A DNA stretch of 24,000 nucleotides, from contig JAUIAY010000001.1 in the NCBI GenBank assembly GCA_030425285.1, positions 396,963 to 420,962 on the forward strand, written 5' to 3'. Under the pieces are notes generated by a model. It did no database searches. It was not told the DNA's origin and saw only the letters and a program-made list of their open reading frames with translations. Within the stretch, counting starts at the first letter, position 1. Every line of letters starts with the position of its first letter. Positions 8,635-16,197 of the stretch are shown piece after piece. Source of the stretch: Bacteroidia bacterium. GTDB lineage: Bacteria; Bacteroidota; Bacteroidia; Flavobacteriales; Flavobacteriaceae. The translations under genes and the position numbers were made by a program.

Positions 8635-9789
8635 ATGAAATCATTCCCCAAAAAACTTACAGATAAACTTCAAAAGCGTAAAACCGACAATGCGCTTCGA
8701 GAGTTGTCCAATACCACCCTACTGGTAGATTTTTCTTCCAACGATTATCTTGGTTTTTCAAAGTCAGAATCTATTTTCAATCAGTCACATGACTATTTGG
8801 TTGGTCATAACATGAAACAAAATGGATCTACGGGATCTAGATTGTTATCAGGCAACCATAACCTGTATCATTTAGCTGAAACCGTATTGTGTGAGTTTCA
8901 TGAGTCCGAAGCAGCCTTAATATTCAACTCGGGATATGATGCCAATATTGGATTTTTCTCGAGCGTCCCTCAACGTCATGATATTATTTTATACGACGAA
9001 TTTATACATGCTTCCATTCGCGATGGCATTAATATGAGTCATGCCAACGCCTATAAATTTGCGCATAATGATTTAAGTGATTTAGATGCTTTATTGAAGC
9101 GTCATGCCGAAACCATTTTAGACTCCAGTATATCCATTTATGTTGTTACAGAATCCGTGTTTTCAATGGACGGTGATTCTCCCGATTTAGAAACATTGGT
9201 CCAGCTATGTACAAATTATCATGCGCATTTGGTAGTAGATGAAGCACATGCCATTGGTGTCTTTGGCAATCATGGTAAAGGACTTTTTCAAGAATTGGGA
9301 TTAGAGCGACAGCTATTCGCAAGAATTATAACTTTTGGAAAAGCATTAGGTGCTCATGGAGCTGCTGTTTTGGGCAGTGAACAACTTAAATCCTATTTGA
9401 CGAATTTTTCAAGAAGCCTGATTTACACAACGGCTCTTCCACCACATTCATTGGCGACCATTAATTCAGCTTACCTTGAATTGATAAAAACCAATGAAAT
9501 AAAAAAGTTACATGAAAACATCCATCATTTTAGAGCTGAATTACACAACAAATCATTAGAATTATACTTCATAAAAAGCCATTCGGCCATTCAATGCGCT
9601 ATTGTACCAGGTAATGATTTAGTCAAGAAACTTGCTCAAAAAATAAATGATAGTGGGTATAGTGTCAAGCCTATTTTATCGCCTACGGTACCTAATGGGC
9701 AAGAGCGATTGCGTTTTTGTATTCATAGTTTTAATTCTAAAGAAGAAATCTCGGAAGTCTTACAGTTGTTCGCTACTTTTGTAGCATGA
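8635..9789 (+). CDS. bioF: 8-amino-7-oxononanoate synthase
   Basis: The 384-aa product is a PLP alpha-oxoamine synthase with 'DYLGFS', 'SGYDANIG', 'VDEAHAIGVFG' and the PLP-lysine motif 'TFGKALGAHGAAV' (E. coli 'TFGKGFGVSGAAV'). It is the first gene of the bio cluster. Confidence 0.9.
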   Translation: MKSFPKKLTDKLQKRKTDNALRELSNTTLLVDFSSNDYLGFSKSESIFNQSHDYLVGHNMKQNGSTGSRLLSGNHNLYHLAETVLCEFHESEAALIFNSGYDANIGFFSSVPQRHDIILYDEFIHASIRDGINMSHANAYKFAHNDLSDLDALLKRHAETILDSSISIYVVTESVFSMDGDSPDLETLVQLCTNYHAHLVVDEAHAIGVFGNHGKGLFQELGLERQLFARIITFGKALGAHGAAVLGSEQLKSYLTNFSRSLIYTTALPPHSLATINSAYLELIKTNEIKKLHENIHHFRAELHNKSLELYFIKSHSAIQCAIVPGNDLVKKLAQKINDSGYSVKPILSPTVPNGQERLRFCIHSFNSKEEISEVLQLFATFVA

Positions 9790-10403
9790 GTAACTATTTC
9801 ATTACAGGCATATCAACCGATGTTGGTAAAACCATAGCTTCGGCAATTATAACAGAAGCTTTGGAAGCTGACTATTGGAAACCTATCCAAGCTGGCGACT
9901 TGGATAATTGCGACACTAAAAAAATAAGCCGATTGGTTTCCAACTCCAAATCAAAATTCCACCCGAATAGCTTTGCACTTCAAACTCCTATGAGTCCACA
10001 TGCCGCAGCTGAAATTGATAATATCCAAATAAAATTAAGCGATATAAAAGAACCCAAAACTAAAAACAGTTTGGTTATTGAAGGTGCTGGTGGTTTATTG
10101 GTTCCCATAAATAATACACAAACTATTTTAGATTTAATTCAACCTGACTATAAAGTCATTGTAGTTTCAAGACATTATCTAGGGAGCATTAACCATACGC
10201 TTTTAACCGTTAACATGCTAAAGGAAAAAGGGCACAATGTGTCCTTACTTTACAGTGGTAATGAACATCCAACAACGGAAGCTATTATTTCTAAAATGAC
10301 TGATGTGCCAGTCATTGGACGAATTGAAGAAGAACCTTATTTTGATGAAAATGTGGTGAAAGAATATGCTAAATTATTTAAATCAGAATTAGAAAAACTA
10401 TGA
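9786..10403 (+). CDS. bioD: Dethiobiotin synthetase
   Basis: The 205-aa product has the P-loop 'ITGISTDVGKT' (E. coli 'GTDTEVGKT') and 'EGAGGLLVP'. ATGA overlaps occur with bioF (9786-9789) and bioA (10400-10403). Confidence 0.9.
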   Translation: MSNYFITGISTDVGKTIASAIITEALEADYWKPIQAGDLDNCDTKKISRLVSNSKSKFHPNSFALQTPMSPHAAAEIDNIQIKLSDIKEPKTKNSLVIEGAGGLLVPINNTQTILDLIQPDYKVIVVSRHYLGSINHTLLTVNMLKEKGHNVSLLYSGNEHPTTEAIISKMTDVPVIGRIEEEPYFDENVVKEYAKLFKSELEKL

Positions 10404-11665
10404 GTTTAGCAAAACGCGACAAAAAACACCTTTGGCATCCACTAACCCAGCACAAAACGCACCCTGATACAATTGCTATCACCAAAGCAGCAGGATGTAC
10501 CTTATATGATGAAGATGGCAATCAGTACATTGACGCCATTGCCTCTTGGTATACTTGTATGTATGGACATTGTAATCCCTATATCACAAAAAGGGTTACT
10601 GAACAAATGCAGCAATTGGATCAAGTAGTCTTTAGCGGATTCACCCATGAACCTGCCGTTAAACTATCTGAGGCTTTAGTAGCAATACTTCCTGAAAATC
10701 AAAATAAGATTTTCTTTAGTGATAATGGTTCAACAGCTGTTGAAATTGGTATTAAAATGACACTGCAATATCACTTCAATAAAGGTGAAAAACGGCAAAC
10801 ATTAGTTGCCTTTGAAAACGGCTTCCATGGAGATACATTTGGTGCCATGAGCGTTTCGGGTCTTTCTGTCTACAACGGTCCTTTTGAAGATTTCTTTATT
10901 GATGTTAAACGTATTCCAACTCCCAACGGACAAAACACAAGTACTATTTTAAAGTTACTAAAGAGCATTCACGAACAAGATCCCCTCGCTGGTTTCGTTT
11001 ATGAACCTTTGGTACAAGGTGCCGCAGCTATGAAAATGCATAATGTGGAAGGGTTAAATGCTATTTTAAATTTCTGTAAGGACAACACTATTATAACCGT
11101 AGCTGATGAAGTTATGACAGGTTTTGGTAAGACAGGTAAGTTTTTTGCATCAGATTACATGGAAATCAAACCTGATATTATGTGTTTAAGTAAAGCATTA
11201 ACTGCAGGTTTATTGCCAATGGCCATTACATCGTGTTCGCAAAACATTTATGACGCTTTTTACAGTGATGATTTAAAGAAAGGCTTGTTTCATGGGCATA
11301 CTTACTCGGCAAATCCTTTAGCATGCACAGCCGCTTTAGCAGGTATTGAATTGTTACAGTCTGATGATATTCAAAAAAATATTCAGCGTATTATTGAATC
11401 ACACAGCAAATTTGACTATAAAATAAAGTCACATCCAAAAGTTGAATCAACAAGACAATTGGGAATTATATATGCTTTAGATCTTAATGTTGAAATGTCT
11501 CGTTATGGCGGTTTACGCGATAAATTATTTCAATATTTTATGAATCATGGTGTGTTTCTTAGACCTCTTGGAAACACCATTTACATTTTAGCTCCTTATG
11601 TAATTTCAGATTCTGAACTGGAAAAAGTTTACAAAACCATTCTTGATGCTTTAGAAATCCTCTAA
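10400..11665 (+). CDS. bioA: Adenosylmethionine-8-amino-7-oxononanoate aminotransferase
   Basis: The 421-aa product is a class III aminotransferase with 'HLWHPLTQ', 'DEVMTGFGKTGKFFA' (E. coli 'DEIATGFGRTGKLFA') and the PLP-lysine motif 'CLSKALTAG'. Confidence 0.92.
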   Translation: MSLAKRDKKHLWHPLTQHKTHPDTIAITKAAGCTLYDEDGNQYIDAIASWYTCMYGHCNPYITKRVTEQMQQLDQVVFSGFTHEPAVKLSEALVAILPENQNKIFFSDNGSTAVEIGIKMTLQYHFNKGEKRQTLVAFENGFHGDTFGAMSVSGLSVYNGPFEDFFIDVKRIPTPNGQNTSTILKLLKSIHEQDPLAGFVYEPLVQGAAAMKMHNVEGLNAILNFCKDNTIITVADEVMTGFGKTGKFFASDYMEIKPDIMCLSKALTAGLLPMAITSCSQNIYDAFYSDDLKKGLFHGHTYSANPLACTAALAGIELLQSDDIQKNIQRIIESHSKFDYKIKSHPKVESTRQLGIIYALDLNVEMSRYGGLRDKLFQYFMNHGVFLRPLGNTIYILAPYVISDSELEKVYKTILDALEIL

Positions 11666-11686
11666 ATTTGCATCAAAATTTGTCGT

Positions 11687-12838
11687 TTGAAAAAACCTAT
11701 CGCCATTACTGGAATTCATTCCATTTCGCCATTGGGAGCTACCCTTGAAGAATCTTGGGCTAGCTATCAAAATAACACTCATTGTTTTTCGGAAAAAGAA
11801 GAAATCCTAGTTGCAGAACTTCCAAAAGTCATTAAAGATGACATTGACAAATTACACCAATCGGATACTAAGTATAAAGCATTAGACAACACTACTCTTT
11901 TCGCTATCTATTCCTCAAGAAAAGCTATGGAACAGGCAAATTGGAAACCTACAGATAATTTTGGTATAAATATAGGCTCATCACGTGGGGCAACTCAATT
12001 GTTTGAGGAGCATTACAAAGCATTTTTGGAAAATCAAAAAGTAAACCCTTTAACATCTCCCAATACAACATTGGGCAATATTTCCTCGTGGGTGGCTCAC
12101 GATTTGCAAACAAAAGGCCCTGAAATTAGTCATTCAATTACATGTTCATCTGCACTACATGCTATGTTAAATGGTATAGCGTGGATACAATCTGGTATGT
12201 GCGACAAATTTTTAGTTGGCGGCAGTGAAGCACCCTTAACCAATTTTACTATTGCTCAAATGCAAGCCTTGAAAATTTACAGCCAGAATAAATCTTCTAA
12301 ATACCCTTGTAGACCTTTAGATTTTGAAAAGAAACGAAACTCCATGATTTTGGGTGAAGGGGCTTCTGTGGCTTGTTTGGAATATGGTGATTCAAAAAAC
12401 GCTTTGGCTAATATTATCGGCATAGGATATGCTACCGAAATACTGGAACATCACGCATCGTTGTCTACAAACGCCGATTGTTTTCAACGATCTATGAAAA
12501 TGGCATTGGGAAATACAAAGGCTGACGATATAGACATAATTGTTACACATACACCAGGGACTTTAAAAGGTGATTTAGCCGAATTCAACGCTATTAAAAA
12601 AGTATTCGGCAACAACATTCCAAACCTAACGAACAACAAATGGAAAATCGGGCATACTTTAGGAACTTCTGGAATGCTAAATATTGAAATGGCCATACTG
12701 ATGATACAAAACCAAAGTTTTATTCCTGTGCCTTATATAGAGTCTAAAAAACCTAAACAATCTAACAAAATAATGGTTAATGCAGTAGGATTCGGTGGCA
12801 ATGCTGTTTCTTTAATTTTGGAAAAACCTAATTGTTGA
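11687..12838 (+). CDS. Beta-ketoacyl synthase, KAS I/II (FabF/FabB)-like, encoded inside the biotin operon
   Basis: The 383-aa product starts at a TTG 21 nt after the bioA stop. It has 'PIAITGIHSISPLG', the active-site Cys in 'SITCSSALHA', the first His in 'VTHTPGTLKGD', Lys and the second His in 'NNKWKIGHTLGTSG', and the C-terminal 'VGFGGNAVSLILEK'. The Cys-His-His triad is intact. Confidence 0.85.
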   Translation: MKKPIAITGIHSISPLGATLEESWASYQNNTHCFSEKEEILVAELPKVIKDDIDKLHQSDTKYKALDNTTLFAIYSSRKAMEQANWKPTDNFGINIGSSRGATQLFEEHYKAFLENQKVNPLTSPNTTLGNISSWVAHDLQTKGPEISHSITCSSALHAMLNGIAWIQSGMCDKFLVGGSEAPLTNFTIAQMQALKIYSQNKSSKYPCRPLDFEKKRNSMILGEGASVACLEYGDSKNALANIIGIGYATEILEHHASLSTNADCFQRSMKMALGNTKADDIDIIVTHTPGTLKGDLAEFNAIKKVFGNNIPNLTNNKWKIGHTLGTSGMLNIEMAILMIQNQSFIPVPYIESKKPKQSNKIMVNAVGFGGNAVSLILEKPNC

Positions 12839-12890
12839 AAAGTACTTTAAATTTGCTTTTTGTAATTTAATTTTTGAATATTTATTACAC

Positions 12891-12898
12891 TATTTTTG
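12891..12898 (+). promoter_or_regulatory. Candidate internal -7 promoter box (TATTTTTG) directly upstream of bioB
   Basis: It matches TAnnTTTG and ends 4 nt before the bioB ATG at 12903. If used, the transcript would be leaderless or nearly so. Confidence 0.3.
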
Positions 12899-12902
12899 AT
12901 TT

Positions 12903-13997
12903 ATGAGCGATACGAAACACAATTGGACAAAAGAGGAAATATTAGAAATTTATAATAAGCCATTAATGGAGTTGCTTTACGATGCCGCAACGATTCATCG
13001 TAAACATCACGATCCAAACACGGTTCAAGTTTCAACATTGTTATCCATAAAGACAGGTGGTTGCCCAGAAGATTGTGGCTATTGTCCACAAGCAGCTCGC
13101 TATCACACTAATATTGAAGGCAATGATTTAATGTCTGTGCAACAAGTAAAAGCGCAAGCTTTAAGAGCAAAAGCATCAGGCAGTTCGCGTGTTTGTATGG
13201 GAGCCGCATGGAGAAATGTAAAGGACGGGGCTGAATTTGACGAAGTTTTAGAAATGGTTCGTACCATCAATAAATTAGATATGGAGGTGTGTTGTACACT
13301 AGGTATGCTTACTGAAAATCAGGCTCACAGATTAGCTGAAGCAGGTTTGTATGCTTATAATCATAATTTAGATTCTTCTGAAGAATATTATAAAGAAGTA
13401 ATTTCAACCCGTGGTTTTGAAGACCGTTTAGAAACTATAGACAACGTGCGTAAAACGAATGTCACGGTTTGCTCTGGCGGTATCATAGGAATGGGTGAAA
13501 AAGAGGAAGATCGTGCAGGCATGCTCGTTGCATTAGCCACTTTAAATCCGCAACCAGAATCTGTTCCTATTAATGCATTGGTTGCAGTTGAGGGAACACC
13601 TCTGGAGGAACAAGAACCTGTTTCAATATGGGATATGGTTCGTATGGTAGCTACAACACGTATTGTTATGCCAGAAACGCAAGTGAGATTGAGTGCTGGC
13701 CGTACAGACATGAGCCGTGAAGGTCAGGCCATGTGTTTCTTTGCTGGTGCCAATTCTATTTTTGCAGGTGATAAATTATTGACAACTCCTAATCCTGATG
13801 TTAATGAGGACATGGAGATGTTCAAATTGTTAGGTTTAAATCCCCAAAAACCATTTATAAAGAAAATGCAGCCAGAAACCGTTGAAGCTGCAGATTCGCA
13901 ATTTCAATCTTTGGGTGAAAAACCAAAATGGTCCAGACCAGACCACACCATTGAACGAAACGAACAAGCTAAGGAAAAGGCCAAGACTTTAAGGTAA
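12903..13997 (+). CDS. bioB: Biotin synthase (radical SAM)
   Basis: The 364-aa product has 'KTGGCPEDCGYCPQ' (CxxxCxxC; E. coli 'CPEDCKYCPQ'), plus 'YNHNLD' and 'VCSGGIIGMGE'. Confidence 0.97.
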   Translation: MSDTKHNWTKEEILEIYNKPLMELLYDAATIHRKHHDPNTVQVSTLLSIKTGGCPEDCGYCPQAARYHTNIEGNDLMSVQQVKAQALRAKASGSSRVCMGAAWRNVKDGAEFDEVLEMVRTINKLDMEVCCTLGMLTENQAHRLAEAGLYAYNHNLDSSEEYYKEVISTRGFEDRLETIDNVRKTNVTVCSGGIIGMGEKEEDRAGMLVALATLNPQPESVPINALVAVEGTPLEEQEPVSIWDMVRMVATTRIVMPETQVRLSAGRTDMSREGQAMCFFAGANSIFAGDKLLTTPNPDVNEDMEMFKLLGLNPQKPFIKKMQPETVEAADSQFQSLGEKPKWSRPDHTIERNEQAKEKAKTLR

Positions 13998-14039
13998 GTA
14001 GCACTCGCGTCATGTAAGAATTTCAGCTTGTGATTACTT

Positions 14040-14930
14040 TTGTTTGATTTTAATCCTATAAACGTATTGTCATTAAATCTTCAAGATATTCCACGAGTAA
14101 AATCTATTAGTAAACTAGATTTTATAAAACAGTACTTAAGGCCTCAAAAACCTGTTGTCATAGAACAACTTTCTGAAGATTGGCCAGCGTTCACACTATG
14201 GAATTTGGACTATATGAAAAATGTTGCGGGCGATAAAACAGTCCCGCTTTATGACGATAGACCTGTAGATTATAAAGATGGCTTTAATGAAGCCCATGAC
14301 TATATGAAAATGGGCGATTACATTGATTTATTAAAAACCCAACCTACTAAATACCGCATATTTCTTTGGAATATTTTAAAAGAAGTTCCAGAGCTACAGA
14401 AAGATTTTAAATATCCTGATTTAGGATTGAAATTTATGAAAGGGCTACCTATGTTATTCTTTGGCGGAAAAGATTCGCACACATTCATGCATTATGACAT
14501 TGACCTGGCCAACATATTTCATTTTCATTTTGAAGGTTCAAAAGAGGTCATTTTATTTGACCAAGAACAAAGTGATTTTTTGTACAAAGTTCCTCATTCC
14601 TTGATTACCCGTGAAGATATTGATTTTTCCAATCCCGATTTCAAAAAATGGCCTGCTTTACAAAAAGCCAAAGGGTTTAGAGCAACTTTGTCGCATGGCG
14701 ATGTGTTGTTTATGCCAGAAGGCTATTGGCATTATATGAAATATATAACTCCAGGATTCTCAATGAGTTTGCGTTCCATTCCTAAAAAACCCAAGCACTT
14801 GGTAAAAGCCATTTACAACATCTTCATCATGAGAAATTTTGATAATGTTATGCGGCGAATAAAGGGTCAAAAATGGATAGATTGGAAAAATGAACAAGCT
14901 ATTTTAAATACCCATAAACATAATTTATAA
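14040..14930 (+). CDS. JmjC/cupin-like domain protein (putative Fe(II)/2-oxoglutarate-dependent oxygenase)
   Basis: The 296-aa product starts at a TTG, the first start-type codon after an in-frame TGA at 14031-14033. It has the H-x-D motif in 'FMHYDID' and the distal His in 'MPEGYWHYM', giving the JmjC-type facial triad pattern. It lies 42 nt downstream of bioB on the same strand. Confidence 0.6.
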   Translation: MFDFNPINVLSLNLQDIPRVKSISKLDFIKQYLRPQKPVVIEQLSEDWPAFTLWNLDYMKNVAGDKTVPLYDDRPVDYKDGFNEAHDYMKMGDYIDLLKTQPTKYRIFLWNILKEVPELQKDFKYPDLGLKFMKGLPMLFFGGKDSHTFMHYDIDLANIFHFHFEGSKEVILFDQEQSDFLYKVPHSLITREDIDFSNPDFKKWPALQKAKGFRATLSHGDVLFMPEGYWHYMKYITPGFSMSLRSIPKKPKHLVKAIYNIFIMRNFDNVMRRIKGQKWIDWKNEQAILNTHKHNL

Positions 14931-14938
14931 TATATTTG
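14931..14938 (+). promoter_or_regulatory. Candidate -7 promoter box (TATATTTG) for the small OMP gene
   Basis: It matches TAnnTTTG exactly, starts immediately after the cupin gene stop, and lies 19 nt upstream of the ATG at 14958. Confidence 0.4.
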
Positions 14939-14957
14939 AAACTTAAAACAAACACAC

Positions 14958-15485
14958 ATGAAAAACATTCTATTTATACTTTTAGTCTTTACTGCTTCTT
15001 TAGTAAACGGTCAGGCTTTTTCAGGAAAAGGCGATCAAAAATTTCAAGTTGGTGCTAATTTTCAAAGTCATGCCACAGGCCTTAACTTGAGTTATGACTA
15101 TGGTTTGGGAGAAAATATCTCTATAGGAGTTTCTTCTTCTTATGCTCTAGGCGTTTCTGGTGATATTGAGAATGGTATAGAAGTTAATGGCCAAGAAGTA
15201 GTTAAAAAAGCCGATTTTTTAGACCGTTTTGACCTTAAAGCGCGATTCAATGCCAATATTGGAAATGTATTAAATATTGATGACAATTTTGACCTATATC
15301 CTGGGTTGAGTTTTAGTTTAAAAAACTTTGGTGGTCATGTAGGTGCACGTTATTTCTTCTCGTCTGGGTTTGGAGTTTTCACCGAAGCATTATTCCCAAT
15401 AGCCAAATACAATAGTGATTTAGAGCCTGCTGAAGAATTATACAACCAGTTCTCGGTAAATGTAGGTGCTGTTTTCAACCTATAA
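14958..15485 (+). CDS. Small outer-membrane beta-barrel protein (porin/OmpW-like fold), function unknown
   Basis: The 175-aa product has the signal peptide 'MKNILFILLVFTASLVNG|QA'. It shows alternating hydrophobic/polar beta-strand patterns with G/S/N-rich turns, and the C-terminal strand ends '...VNVGAVFNL'. Confidence 0.6.
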   Translation: MKNILFILLVFTASLVNGQAFSGKGDQKFQVGANFQSHATGLNLSYDYGLGENISIGVSSSYALGVSGDIENGIEVNGQEVVKKADFLDRFDLKARFNANIGNVLNIDDNFDLYPGLSFSLKNFGGHVGARYFFSSGFGVFTEALFPIAKYNSDLEPAEELYNQFSVNVGAVFNL

Positions 15486-15498
15486 AAGCACCCTTTTC

Positions 15499-15568
15499 TT
15501 CGAAAATCCTTCGAGAGTTGTTCGAGAAAATGGCCTTTTTTTGGGTGTTTTCTCGAAGGATTCTCGAA
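15499..15568. repeat. Array of five TTCGA(R)A motifs (3 direct, 2 inverted) phased at exactly 11 bp, forming two mutually exclusive long hairpins
   Basis: Direct copies start at 15499, 15510 and 15521 (TTCGAAAA, TTCGAGAG, TTCGAGAA). Inverted copies TTCTCGAA lie at 15550-15557 and 15561-15568. Hairpin A pairs 15499-15516 with 15551-15568 (17/18). Hairpin B pairs 15521-15530 with 15548-15557 (10/10, with a 17-nt loop containing T7). Confidence 0.9.
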
Positions 15569-15603
15569 CAAAACTAGAACAAAACCCCAAAAACCTTGCA
15601 ATT

Positions 15604-16080
15604 TTATTCTTTGATTAATTGAGCAACTGCATCATAAACCAAATGGGATTCCCAGCCTCTATATAATAAATAATCAGCTAGTTTTTTACGTTTTTTCCAC
15701 ACATTGGTTTCAGTAATGGTTTCTGCTTTTTTTTGGGCCAATTCTTGGAATGTGTTCAAATAATCTGAATCTGAAATGTCCTGAAATGCCTCTTTGATAT
15801 TGTAAGAGCTAATATCCCTTTTTTTAAGTTCCAACTCAATACGTTTGCGTCCCCATTTTTTTACTCGGAACTTCCCAGAAGTAAACACTTTTGCAAATCG
15901 AGTTTCGTTTAAAAAATCATGTTCCAGTAGGTGTACAACCACCAAATCAATAGCTTCAGGAATCATGCGCATTTTTAACAATTTTTCGCGAACCTCCTTA
16001 TGACAGCGCTCTTGATAAACACAAAAGTTTTCAAGAGTTCGCTTGGCTTCATCTACCGTATATGTTTTGCGCTGTAGCAT
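15604..16080 (-). CDS. recX: Recombination regulator RecX
   Basis: The 158-aa helical protein has 'AKRTLENFCVYQERCHKEVREKL' and repeated three-helix units, ending 'LYRGWESHLVYDAV'. This pattern is typical of flavobacterial RecX-family proteins (from memory). Confidence 0.75.
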   Translation of the reverse strand: MLQRKTYTVDEAKRTLENFCVYQERCHKEVREKLLKMRMIPEAIDLVVVHLLEHDFLNETRFAKVFTSGKFRVKKWGRKRIELELKKRDISSYNIKEAFQDISDSDYLNTFQELAQKKAETITETNVWKKRKKLADYLLYRGWESHLVYDAVAQLIKE

Positions 16081-16150
16081 GCCGTAAAAATAGTAACAAT
16101 TTGTTAATAATTAAGAAACTGAAAGCCATGGCATTATATCTAATTTCGTG

Positions 16151-16158
16151 TATATTTG
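16151..16158 (+). promoter_or_regulatory. Candidate -7 promoter box (TATATTTG) for the giant surface-protein gene
   Basis: It matches TAnnTTTG exactly and lies 39 nt upstream of the ATG at 16198, in the divergent spacer with recX. Confidence 0.45.
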
Positions 16159-16197
16159 TAAGCTTTATTTTTTAGAGCAAATAAAATTTAATATTCT

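Noticed and set aside
12484-13711. Minus-strand ORFs inside the KAS gene and bioB (12484-12696, 12901-13089, 13388-13711).
   Set aside because: All are antisense shadows of well-supported genes. None has a signal peptide, a motif, or an intergenic start context.
15580-15595. A telomere-like CAAAACCCCAAAAACC (G4T4-like on the minus strand) just downstream of recX.
   Set aside because: It is only about 1.5 repeat units, which is too short for G-quadruplex or telomeric function. It is most likely a chance low-complexity run.
15350-15601. An 83-aa minus-strand ORF spanning the repeat spacer and the 3' end of the OMP gene.
   Set aside because: It overlaps the OMP coding sequence in antisense, and its 5' half is simply a translation of the TTCGAGAA repeat array. 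A non-coding repeat or hairpin explains it better.
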